Made by a program: the position numbers and the translations under genes
In this document: positions 1-7,509 of the stretch, piece after piece
How positions within the stretch are numbered: the stretch's first letter is position 1
How the letters are laid out: every line of letters begins with the position of its first letter
Origin: a bacterium
GTDB lineage: Bacteria > Zhuqueibacterota > Zhuqueibacteria > Oceanimicrobiales > Oceanimicrobiaceae
Length of the DNA: 14,242 nucleotides
Direction of reading: 5' to 3'
Assembly: GCA_046757165.1 (NCBI GenBank)
Contig: JBHHXT010000115.1
Span: 1-14,242, forward strand
Notes under the pieces: generated by a model
Database searches by the model: none
Told to the model about the DNA's origin: nothing
What the model saw: only the letters and a program-made list of their open reading frames with translations

Positions 1-150
1 AAATGTATATGTTTTGGCCGCTGGTGAACTCTTGGATGATTTTCTTATCCATTTTGTCAGCCACATTCTTGTTGAAGCATCTGGAGCATTGACTTTTTCT
101 CTCTTCACTTCATCAAATAAGTTGAATTTCTTAGAAATCGTTTTGAACAA
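1..150 (-). CDS. Possible N-terminus of a downstream gene (3'-truncated by the window edge), product unknown
   Basis: On the minus strand an AAAGGAG Shine-Dalgarno sits just after the permease stop, followed by TTG at 150 and an open frame to the edge (MFKTISKKFNLFDEVK...). An alternative ATG at 52 in another frame is also open (MDKKIIQEFTSGQNIYI). The region is ~36% GC by my count over 1-170. I cannot decide the frame. Confidence 0.3.
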   Translation of the reverse strand, partial: MFKTISKKFNLFDEVKREKVNAPDASTRMWLTKWIRKSSKSSPAAKTYTF

Positions 151-171
151 AACGGCTCTCCTTTGAAGATT

Positions 172-3100
172 CTACTCCGCGCGCAAGGCTGGCAGCAACG
201 GAATTCGCAGCGCCACTGAAACCGCTGCGATGCTCGCCAGCATCCCGACCAGGAACACGATCAGCAGCGTCACAGCGAGCGGCGCCCAGGGAACCTGCGA
301 GCCCCCCGCCAAAACGTGTGGCGCGACCGCGAGCACGGCTGAGAGGGTGCCGATGACGATGCCCAGCGCCAACATGAAGCCATTCTCCACCACCACCATC
401 CACGCCAGCGTCACGCGCTTGAATCCGAACGCGCGCAACGTGGCCAGCTCGCCGCGGCGCTCGAGGACATTGCGGATCAGGACCATGCCGAGGCCAAGGG
501 TGCCGAGCAATAACCCCAGACCGCCAAGCGTTTGGAAGGTCGAAAGGTAGGTGTTTTCCACCGCCTGAAAATTCGCCAATTTGTCCATGGTCGTGGAGGA
601 ATCGAAACCGTAATCGCTCAGCGTCTCCTCCAGAATCTGTGCGTGCTGTTCGATCTGGTCCGGTGGCGTCTGGATGAGATAGTAACCATAACCATGCTGG
701 CTCGGGAAATGCTCGAGAAAATTCTCTTCAGAAATAAGCAGCTCACTCTGGAAAATGCTTTTCTTGAAGAGCCCGACAAAGCGTAGTTTGATCTCCCGGC
801 CCAGCTCGTCGACCATGGGAAAATCCTTTCCAAGACCGGAGTGGAGAATCCAGAGCACGGAATTGTAGTCGCCAAAAGCCGGGATGACGTTGGGCTCGAG
901 CTCCTGATCGAGCAGCATCCAGGAATTGGTGTGGCCATCGGTTTTCGGGTGTGCAACGTCTTGAAATTGAAAACCACCGCGCTCGATCTGTGCTTTCAGC
1001 ACACCGAGAATGCGTGGCCGCTCCACCTGGTAAAGATTCAGGCAGCTGGCATCATCGCCGGGCAAGAAACGAAACGGGATGATTTCCGAGCTTGCGAGAA
1101 TTTCGGAATCTCTATCGCTAAAGCCCAGGGCGTAGCGTCCCGCTTCGGCGCTCAAATCGTAGTTTAGTGGAATATCGGCCTGTGCGACGAGCGAAAACCC
1201 ACCCGTGCCCGTGTCCTTGCCAAGAAGTTCTTCGCCAAACTGCAGGCGAAACGCCTCGACCGCCACAATCACAAAACAGGCGCACGCCACGAGAGCCGCG
1301 CTGAGCATGCTGCGTCCCGGATTGCGCGGGCTGTTGCGCGCTGCCATGCGGATGACAGAAAACCAGCTCTGCGTCGCAGAGAGCGTTTTGTGCGACCCAC
1401 GCAGCCAGAGGGAGAAGCAGGCCAGCCCGGAGATCAAAACCAGCGTGCCGCTGCCAAAGAACAATCCAACGGCATCGGCTGCTTCCACCGCAACGGCGAA
1501 CGCCGCGAGTGTAACGGCGAGAATCAAAGAAGAAATGGCCACAATTTTCGCCCGGCGAGCCGAGCGGTGTGGTTTCTCGACCGTGGTCGTGCCGGCCAGC
1601 AACGCCGGCGGAGGAACCCGGGTCAGTTTGCGCAAAGCGAACCAGATGGAGACAAGAATCACAAACATGGAAATGAAGGCGCCGGTGACCAGGCTGACAG
1701 GCTGGGCGTGCAAGAACAGAAACGGAGATCCGACCGCTGCCAGCCACCAGGTTCGCAGGCCAACCATCATGAGCCAGGCATAGAACACCGCGCCCCCCAG
1801 TCCGAGAGAGACGCCGATGGCCGCCAGAAAGGCGCCTTCCTGTAAAAGCTGCCGGCGCATCTGTCTGACCGTATGGCCGACGGCTAGAAGCAGCCCAACC
1901 TCCTTGCTGCGCTGCTCGACGCCGAGACGAAAGAGCATCCCCACCAGCAGCGCCGCCGACACGATCAAGAACAGGCTGAAGCCGATAAAGAGTCCGCTGA
2001 AATCTGTCGCGCCGCCAGATGAAGCCAAGCCTTGCGCCTTCACGGGCTGGAAACCAAAGTTGAATTGCCCGGGTGTGGCTTGGGCAAGCAATTCCGCCGT
2101 GAACCGCTCCCGCACGGCGGCCAGGTCGAGATTGGCGGGCGCGCCGAGGCGGATGGAGGTCACGGCGCCAAAACGGCTACCCCAGAGCGCCTGCCCGGTC
2201 TCTAAGGAGACGAATGCTTTTGGCGTGCCCCGGTAAGCGTCCCAATACGCTTCATCCTTCTGCCGGATGAGGCTCAGGTCGACCTCGAACGGCGGGTCCC
2301 AGTCGGCCATGTTGCCGGCATCGGCAATGCCGGGGAAATCAGGGGTCAGCTTGCGGTCAGCAGCCAGGCCGGTCATCGCGACCACGCCCCTGACCGTGAA
2401 GCTGGATTTCTTTGTGACCAGCTCGTCGCGCGCGCCAACCGCGAAATAGGTCATCTCGAGGGTGTCGCCCGGGCGCACACTTAAATCGCTGGCCGCCCAA
2501 TTGTTCAACAGAATCTCGTTTTTGCCCAGGGCGGGCGCCGGCCGGCCGTCGATGAGCATCAGCCGCTTGAACGGCGGGCCGACGGCCGGATTCAGGGCCG
2601 CCACGGTCGAGTACGGCAAGAGGTGGCCCCGGTGTGTCATGGTATTCGCCAGATAGGTGTAGACGGCAAACGACGGTATTTCTAATCTTTCAACCACCGA
2701 GCGGGTCAGCTCGACCAGTTGCGGCGAAAGAATCGACTCGACGCTTTCCAGAATGAGCGCGTGCTCTCGCTCGATGAGTTTGAGGCCCAGCTCCTCGAAT
2801 CTCAATACGCCGTGCAGATGCGCCTGCAGTGGGCGCAGCTGGTCGTCCACGTCTGCGCTGGATTTCTGCGAGACAGCGATGGCGTTGATCTTGCCCTCTT
2901 GTGCCATGGCTTCTTGCAGAACGGGCAGGAAGACGTAGGCGTTCAACGGCAGGGACTGGTGTGGCCGCAAACCAAAGCGGCCGATGCCGCGCTCTGGCAG
3001 GATGGCTGTCAGCGTCAATCGTACGGTCTCGACCACGTCTTCGGTGTCTTTCTGGCCCAGCAGCGTCCCCCGTGCAATGTCACTCGGTTTCTCGAACGAG

Positions 3101-3588
3101 AGCAGAATCTGGTCCCCCACGCCGGCCTGCAATTCATTCTGCAGCGATTGGTTGATGACAATCGAGGGAAACACCTGCCCGGCGGGCTGTCTCAGAAGCT
3201 CAGCCAGTCTGCCAGAGGGGTCATTCTCTTGCGAATTGTAAAACGCAGCGAAGCGCTCATCGAGGGCGATAATGTTGATCCGTGAGGCGCGCGCGCCGCT
3301 TTTGCCGTGCACGGCGCTGCCGTTTAGAAGGATTGCCGGCGCGGCTGCGTCAAAGGTGTTGCGGAAATCGGGCGAGCTCATCAAATCGAGCGTCAGCCCC
3401 TCGCGGAAGAAATCCTGCCTGACCAGCACATAGTCGATCTCCCCCAGGCGGTCGAGTGTCAAGTCGCGCAAACTGCCCTTGACCGAATCGCCCACCAGGA
3501 GCGCGCCGGTGAGCACCGCGGTGGCGATGGCTGCCGCCAGCGTGACCGCCAGATTGATCCGCCAATAGTGAGTTAGACTTTGACGCAC
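172..3588 (-). CDS. Large ABC transporter permease, tandem MacB/FtsX/LolCE-like (type VII ABC), ~1138 aa
   Basis: N-terminal TM segment (NLAVTLAAAIATAVLTGALLVGDS), a very large periplasmic domain, then FtsX-type segments 'GVEQRSKEVGLLLAVGH' and 'NVLERRGELATLRAFGF', each followed by TM helices. A second half-unit begins at 'AARNSPRNPGRSMLS'. Start reassigned from 3750 to GTG 3588 (AGGAGG just upstream; overlaps the ATPase stop). Confidence 0.9.
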   Translation of the reverse strand: MRQSLTHYWRINLAVTLAAAIATAVLTGALLVGDSVKGSLRDLTLDRLGEIDYVLVRQDFFREGLTLDLMSSPDFRNTFDAAAPAILLNGSAVHGKSGARASRINIIALDERFAAFYNSQENDPSGRLAELLRQPAGQVFPSIVINQSLQNELQAGVGDQILLSFEKPSDIARGTLLGQKDTEDVVETVRLTLTAILPERGIGRFGLRPHQSLPLNAYVFLPVLQEAMAQEGKINAIAVSQKSSADVDDQLRPLQAHLHGVLRFEELGLKLIEREHALILESVESILSPQLVELTRSVVERLEIPSFAVYTYLANTMTHRGHLLPYSTVAALNPAVGPPFKRLMLIDGRPAPALGKNEILLNNWAASDLSVRPGDTLEMTYFAVGARDELVTKKSSFTVRGVVAMTGLAADRKLTPDFPGIADAGNMADWDPPFEVDLSLIRQKDEAYWDAYRGTPKAFVSLETGQALWGSRFGAVTSIRLGAPANLDLAAVRERFTAELLAQATPGQFNFGFQPVKAQGLASSGGATDFSGLFIGFSLFLIVSAALLVGMLFRLGVEQRSKEVGLLLAVGHTVRQMRRQLLQEGAFLAAIGVSLGLGGAVFYAWLMMVGLRTWWLAAVGSPFLFLHAQPVSLVTGAFISMFVILVSIWFALRKLTRVPPPALLAGTTTVEKPHRSARRAKIVAISSLILAVTLAAFAVAVEAADAVGLFFGSGTLVLISGLACFSLWLRGSHKTLSATQSWFSVIRMAARNSPRNPGRSMLSAALVACACFVIVAVEAFRLQFGEELLGKDTGTGGFSLVAQADIPLNYDLSAEAGRYALGFSDRDSEILASSEIIPFRFLPGDDASCLNLYQVERPRILGVLKAQIERGGFQFQDVAHPKTDGHTNSWMLLDQELEPNVIPAFGDYNSVLWILHSGLGKDFPMVDELGREIKLRFVGLFKKSIFQSELLISEENFLEHFPSQHGYGYYLIQTPPDQIEQHAQILEETLSDYGFDSSTTMDKLANFQAVENTYLSTFQTLGGLGLLLGTLGLGMVLIRNVLERRGELATLRAFGFKRVTLAWMVVVENGFMLALGIVIGTLSAVLAVAPHVLAGGSQVPWAPLAVTLLIVFLVGMLASIAAVSVALRIPLLPALRAE

Positions 3589-4250
3589 TTGCCCTCCTGC
3601 AATTCGAATCTGCGTTGAAAGCGATTTGCAAGCTCGAGGTTGTGGGTGACGACGATGAGGATGTTTTGCGCTTCTGCGTGCAGCTCGAAGAAAAGCCCGG
3701 CCACCGAGTCGGCGGTTTTGCGGTCCAGATTGCCGGTGGGCTCGTCGCACAGCAGCAGGTTCGGCTGGTTGATCAGCGCCCGCGCGATCGCCACACGCTG
3801 GCGCTCGCCCCCGGAAAGCTCGGCCGGCCGATGGTCGACACGGTCGGAAAGCCCGACCTTTTCCAGCAAAACAGCGGCGCGGTTTTCGGCCTCTTGATGG
3901 CCATTTCTGAACGCCAGGGTCGGGATGAGGACATTCTCCATGACCGTGTACTGCGGCAGCAAGTAGTGGTCCTGGAACACAAAGCCGATCTGCCGGTTTC
4001 GAAATTTTGCCAGCTCCGGCTCGGGGAATCCGCCCGGGTCTTGACGGTTGATTTCAATTTTGCCGGCAGTCGGGGAATCCAGCGTACCGATCAAATGCAG
4101 CAGCGTACTCTTGCCGCACCCGGACGGCCCGGTAATGGCCAGCGCCTGCCCCGCCGACATCTCGAAATCCACGCCTTTCAGGACTTCCACCGGCCTTTCC
4201 TCTGAGCCGTAGCTTTTGTAGACGTCTGTGAGTTTGAGTGAGGTTTCCAT
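3573..4250 (-). CDS. ABC transporter ATP-binding protein, LolD/MacB-type
   Basis: Walker A GPSGCGKS, Q-loop IGFVFQ, signature LSGGERQR, Walker B LLLCDEPTGNLD, H-loop VVTHN. Likely start is ATG 4250 (METSLKL); the ORF track extends to TTG 4286. Confidence 0.95.
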   Translation of the reverse strand: METSLKLTDVYKSYGSEERPVEVLKGVDFEMSAGQALAITGPSGCGKSTLLHLIGTLDSPTAGKIEINRQDPGGFPEPELAKFRNRQIGFVFQDHYLLPQYTVMENVLIPTLAFRNGHQEAENRAAVLLEKVGLSDRVDHRPAELSGGERQRVAIARALINQPNLLLCDEPTGNLDRKTADSVAGLFFELHAEAQNILIVVTHNLELANRFQRRFELQEGKCVKV

Positions 4251-4290
4251 GACTTGATTCAGGTTGGTTTTTTCTTTTCGCGTCAATTAA

Positions 4291-4333
4291 TCCACCGATG
4301 GACGCCGAAACCACCGAACGCCACCGAAGTTAT
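4291..4333 (+). repeat. Short tandem-unit repeat (CCACCGA/ACGCCGA units, ~10-nt period); left arm of a long-range imperfect inverted repeat
   Basis: tccaccgatg gacgccgaaa ccaccgaacg ccaccgaagt tat aligns gap-free (30/43 by my count) with the reverse complement of 4651-4693. Confidence 0.65.
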
Positions 4334-4383
4334 TTTGTCGTGAGCCTGAAAGTCGAAATCCTCGGCTCCAGCTAGCGGACGAT

Positions 4384-4481
4384 GGTGCGACACCGCTTGT
4401 AACGGTGTCTTTGTGAGTCCAAGTTAATCACCGGACCGGATACCGTCTTAGTCAAAACACGGTCACAGACCGTGTTGGATC
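4384..4481. repeat. REPIN-like inverted doublet of GATCC-tagged REP palindromes
   Basis: ggtgc-GACACCG-cttgtaa-CGGTGTC (4384-4409) and, inverted, AACACGGTC-aca-GACCGTGTT-ggatc (4456-4481). Same family as 7343-7417 and 11042-11067. Confidence 0.7.
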
Positions 4482-4514
4482 CTGTCTGAACTTTTTTTGC
4501 AGGTTACCTCGGGT

Positions 4515-4537
4515 GTAACTCAGGCTTCCAGCCTGAG
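4515..4537 (+). repeat. GTAA-tagged REP-like palindrome
   Basis: gtaa-CTCAGGCT-tcc-AGCCTGAG: a perfect 8-bp stem after a GTAA tag. Same architecture as the palindromes at 11096-11157. Confidence 0.6.
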
Positions 4538-4650
4538 CCTGGTATTCTATGCTTTTCATTTCTCCGCTCTCCGCGTGCTCTATAGCTCTGCATCGAAAGC
4601 AAACAATTTCCTCGAGACTTACCAGGTTATTGTTGCACAGCCGCCCCAAA

Positions 4651-4693
4651 ATCCCTTCGGTGAATCTCGGCGCCTTCGGCGACCTTCGCTGGC
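4651..4693 (-). repeat. Short tandem-unit repeat; right arm of the long-range imperfect inverted repeat
   Basis: The plus strand shows ttcggtg..ctcggcg..ttcggcg..ttcgctgg units. The reverse complement gccagcgaag gtcgccgaag gcgccgagat tcaccgaagg matches 4291-4333. Confidence 0.65.
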
Positions 4694-4712
4694 AAAAAAG
4701 AGACCTGCGCGA

Positions 4713-5135
4713 TCAACCCTCCGGCGCCTGCTCTATCTTCCCTGCCAATGGTTCGGGAATTGGAATCGCCCGTATCTTTTCTCCGGGATTGCAAATGCAG
4801 CAGGCCGAGGACATCTTGCCGCGGGCGATGAGCTCAGCCTCGCGTTTGAATTCGAACGAGTAGGTCATCGACTTACTGCCTTTGCGCGCGACCTTCAGAT
4901 GGATATCCAGAACTTCCTCGAATCTGACAGGTTGAAAATACTCACAGGAAGCCGCCAGCCGGGGCCACCCGATTTTGTTGCCCTCGATGGTGGTGGAAAC
5001 ACTGGTGCCGAGCGAGTTGAGAAACTCGTGCTCGGCGGTTTCCATGAACACGAAGAAACGGGCAAAATGCACAATGCCAGCGAGGTCTGTGTCCGCGAAT
5101 TCGATCTTGCGCTTGCTCTTGTACTCGTACGCCAT
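4713..5135 (-). CDS. Acyl-CoA/acyl-ACP thioesterase, 4HBT/YbgC hotdog family
   Basis: N-terminal motif 'RKIEFADTDLAGIVHFARFFVFMETAEHEFL' (DTDxxGIVH with the catalytic Asp), plus 'SCEYFQPVRFEEVLDI' and 'GSKSMTYSF'. ~140 aa. Start ATG 5135 preferred because the alternative ATG 5150 lies inside a REP-like element. Confidence 0.9.
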   Translation of the reverse strand: MAYEYKSKRKIEFADTDLAGIVHFARFFVFMETAEHEFLNSLGTSVSTTIEGNKIGWPRLAASCEYFQPVRFEEVLDIHLKVARKGSKSMTYSFEFKREAELIARGKMSSACCICNPGEKIRAIPIPEPLAGKIEQAPEG

Positions 5136-5144
5136 GGTTCGACC

Positions 5145-5170
5145 TGTCATTCCGGCGCAGGTCGGAATCT
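5145..5170 (+). repeat. CGTC/TGTC-tagged REP-like palindrome
   Basis: tgtc-ATTCCGGC-gcag-GTCGGAAT-ct: an 8-bp stem with one G-T pair, closely resembling the widespread GTCATTCCGGCG..GCCGGAATC repeat family. Confidence 0.65.
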
Positions 5171-5257
5171 TGCGATTATCTGTATCTGACCTGTTTCAGC
5201 AGGTTTTCCACGCCCCGTTTTCATCCTCTGCCTCTTCGATTTCTGGCAAGCGTCCTG

Positions 5258-5833
5258 CTAATTCTGCACCTCCTTTGACCCCTTCTCTGCCGGGGCCGGT
5301 GAGGCCTCCGCGACCGCCGGCTTCTTTGCTGGCGACGGTGTGGGCTTGTACAGCGTGACGAGACAGCCGCCGAGGGCCGCCAGCAAAATTCCGGCCGCAA
5401 ACTGCCAGCGCACCCCCTTCAAGCCGCCGGCCGGAGGATGAATGGCCAGCGCCACCGCCGCGTTGACGATCGGGGCACCGGCAAAAATGATGGCCATCAC
5501 AACGCTTGGCAGCCCGCGGGCGCCAAACGCCAGCAGCACACAAAAAGCCCCCAGGGCGCCAACAATACCGGCGAGAAGCGACCAGAACATCCCCTTGCCC
5601 GAGAACGTCCACGAGGCGCCTTTGACCGCCAGGACAGCCACGGGCGCGACGACCGCGGTAATCACGTAAGCGATGCCGACAAACAGGAAAGCCTTGTAGC
5701 GTCCGTTCACCGGATCCGCCATCGCCACCTGTCCGGTGTGTAGAAAAATCCCGTAAACACCCCAGAAAGCCACCGTCAGCAAAGCAAAAATCAGCCAGGT
5801 CATCCCGGATTGCGCTGAATCAGTCAGGGTCAT
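5258..5833 (-). CDS. 5-TM membrane protein, single EamA/DMT-like repeat
   Basis: AGGAGGAG RBS upstream of ATG 5833. Five hydrophobic helices (WLIFALLTVAFWGVYG; FLFVGIAYVITAVVAP; WSLLAGIVGALGAFCVLLAF; VVMAIIFAGAPIVNAAVA; FAAGILLAALGGCLV). The 'W...ALL...FWG' start and 'GILL...G..LV' end are typical of EamA. Pro/Ala/Lys-rich tail. Confidence 0.75.
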   Translation of the reverse strand: MTLTDSAQSGMTWLIFALLTVAFWGVYGIFLHTGQVAMADPVNGRYKAFLFVGIAYVITAVVAPVAVLAVKGASWTFSGKGMFWSLLAGIVGALGAFCVLLAFGARGLPSVVMAIIFAGAPIVNAAVALAIHPPAGGLKGVRWQFAAGILLAALGGCLVTLYKPTPSPAKKPAVAEASPAPAEKGSKEVQN

Positions 5834-5901
5834 TGATGCTCCTCCTGTTAATAATCTTTAGTGGGTTTCACAAGACTCGGACAACATTGATTTTTCCTAA
5901 C

Positions 5902-7260
5902 TTACAAAGCCGCACCCTTCGCGTTCTTCGCGCCTTTGCGGTGAATGAATGATTCATGGTCCGCGCCATCTTTGCCCAGATACATTTCGTAAACCCGCAG
6001 GGTCGCAGCCGCCATGTTCCGGTCTCCAAAATCACGGTGGACGACACTCTTGCCGGCGGCGCCAAGTTTCTCTCGCAGGCGCACGTCATTCAGAAGCACC
6101 TCCAGCGTTTCCGCCAGGGCGGCTGCAGATTGGGGCTCAAAAAGAAGACCGCCCCTCGTCCGTGCGATGACCTCCGGGAAGGTGCCATGTCCCGGCTGCA
6201 CAACCGGAACCCCATTGGCGAGCGCCTCCAGGATGGACAACCCCTTGGGTTCTGCATAAACCGTTGGCACGGAAAAAATGTCGATACTGCTAAGAAACGC
6301 AATTTTCTCCAATCTGTCAACCTCTCCGATGTATTCGACCGCCTCTGCCATGCCCCAGGCCCTGGTTTTCGCCTCGAGATCTCTGAAGAAGGGCTCGTCC
6401 TTTTTGCCCAGATAGCCGGCCGCCTTCAATTGAATCCGCTCGGAGCCATATTTCTGCCAGAGCTGGTGAAACGCCTCGACCAGCAGATGGAATCCCTTCT
6501 CCGGACAAATCCGCGCAAAATAGCCGATGAGTGTCCTGCCCTGCTTGAACTTCAACGTTCCGACGCCGTGCCCTTCCAGCTTGATCCCGAGATGGACTTT
6601 GTGGATTCTCTCCCGCTCCAGCTCCAAATAGGCTGACATGAAATCAGAGTAAGCGTCGCTGGTGGTGATCAGCCCGTCGACATCCTGAATCCGCTCGCGC
6701 AGCAAGCTCTTTGCCTGGCTCTGGTACGGTTCGATGAGGTTGTCCAGAAAGAGGTCTTCGCCCTGTGCGCCACAGATGATTGGCACGCCGAGCTGCCGCT
6801 TGATCTCGCGGGCAAATCCAAGCAGCAACGTGTGGTTCAGATGGACGATATCCGGCTCATATTCTTCTTTCAGCCATTTGATGAGCTTGTGCACTTCCTT
6901 TTTCTGTTTGCCTGCCTCCCCGCGCAAAACGGAAACGGTGAGTGCCCCCAGGTCACGGGCGTTGGTCGAGGCGCTGAATTTGGAGATCCAGTTGAGCAGC
7001 GCCGTGCTATTGAACAGATTGTCGATGAACTCCGGCGTATGGCGAAAAAGTCCGATTTTCTCCTGCAGATAGACGTTGAGTCCCCCCAGGAACACGCGAT
7101 GCAGGCTTACACTTTCTTCATCTGTTCTGATCGGAGTATACGTCGGGACGAGCGCAACCTCGTGCCCCAGTTCCTGCAGGGCAGCCGCCAGGGCGTTGTC
7201 GTGGATGCACGTGCCGCACAGCATGCCGGCGGCGCCAGTGGCGATGTAGGCGATCTTCAT
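5902..7260 (-). CDS. Glycosyltransferase family 4 (GT-B fold)
   Basis: 'MKIAYI...LQELGHEVALV', 'PDIVHL', 'IGYFARICPEKGFHLLVEAF' (R..PEKG), the EX7E motif 'EPKGLSILEALANGVPVV' and 'GGLLFEPQSAAALAETL'. Confidence 0.92.
   Translation of the reverse strand: MKIAYIATGAAGMLCGTCIHDNALAAALQELGHEVALVPTYTPIRTDEESVSLHRVFLGGLNVYLQEKIGLFRHTPEFIDNLFNSTALLNWISKFSASTNARDLGALTVSVLRGEAGKQKKEVHKLIKWLKEEYEPDIVHLNHTLLLGFAREIKRQLGVPIICGAQGEDLFLDNLIEPYQSQAKSLLRERIQDVDGLITTSDAYSDFMSAYLELERERIHKVHLGIKLEGHGVGTLKFKQGRTLIGYFARICPEKGFHLLVEAFHQLWQKYGSERIQLKAAGYLGKKDEPFFRDLEAKTRAWGMAEAVEYIGEVDRLEKIAFLSSIDIFSVPTVYAEPKGLSILEALANGVPVVQPGHGTFPEVIARTRGGLLFEPQSAAALAETLEVLLNDVRLREKLGAAGKSVVHRDFGDRNMAAATLRVYEMYLGKDGADHESFIHRKGAKNAKGAAL
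5915..5945 (-). repeat. Short tandem-unit repeat (CGCAAAG/CGCGAAG x3) inside the 3' end of the GT4 gene
   Basis: The minus strand reads ttcaccgcaaaggcgcgaagaacgcgaaggg (9-nt period) and encodes HRKGAKNAKG. Same style as the repeats at 4291-4333 and 4651-4693. Confidence 0.65.
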
Positions 7261-7342
7261 AAATCCATAACCCGGAAATCAAGAATTTCGGTGACACGAT
7301 TTGACTGTCCTCCAGTTTTTGGGAGACAGCTAATTCAAGCTT

Positions 7343-7417
7343 GATCCAACACGGTTTGCAACCGTGTTTTCAGGTCCAAATCCCAGTGGGATACACAGTT
7401 GCAAACTGTGTAGGATC
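7343..7417. repeat. REPIN-like inverted doublet of GATCC-tagged REP palindromes
   Basis: gatcc-AACACGGTT-tgc-AACCGTGTT (7343-7368) and TACACAGTT-gca-AACTGTGTA-ggatc (7392-7417). Both have perfect 9-bp stems. A small atccca-g-tgggat palindrome lies in the spacer. Confidence 0.8.
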
Positions 7418-7509
7418 ACTTTTTCTTCATCGTTGAGTAATCATATCATCAAATTATCACATCTACTGACTCTAACCTGGATAATTCATGAACCACGAAA
7501 AAGTTCAGC

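Noticed and set aside
3589..3750. Arg-rich N-terminal extension of the permease in the ORF track
   Set aside because: It is an alternative-frame read of the ATPase 3' end. The SD-supported GTG at 3588 is the better start.
4291..4700. CRISPR array or tRNA/riboswitch interpretation of the repeats and hairpins
   Set aside because: There are no identical direct repeats with unique regular spacers, no cas genes, no cloverleaf, and no cobalamin/TPP riboswitch consensus that I can recognise, here or in the TBDR leader.
4675..4700. Rho-independent terminator after the thioesterase
   Set aside because: On the minus strand the U-tract precedes rather than follows the GC-rich segment, and that segment is a tandem-unit repeat rather than a clean hairpin.
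4497..5189. 230-aa plus-strand ORF, and the 65-aa minus-strand ORF at 4452-4649
   Set aside because: They run through repeat elements and/or antisense to the thioesterase. No protein-like features, and no transposase, GIY-YIG or GxxExxY motif.
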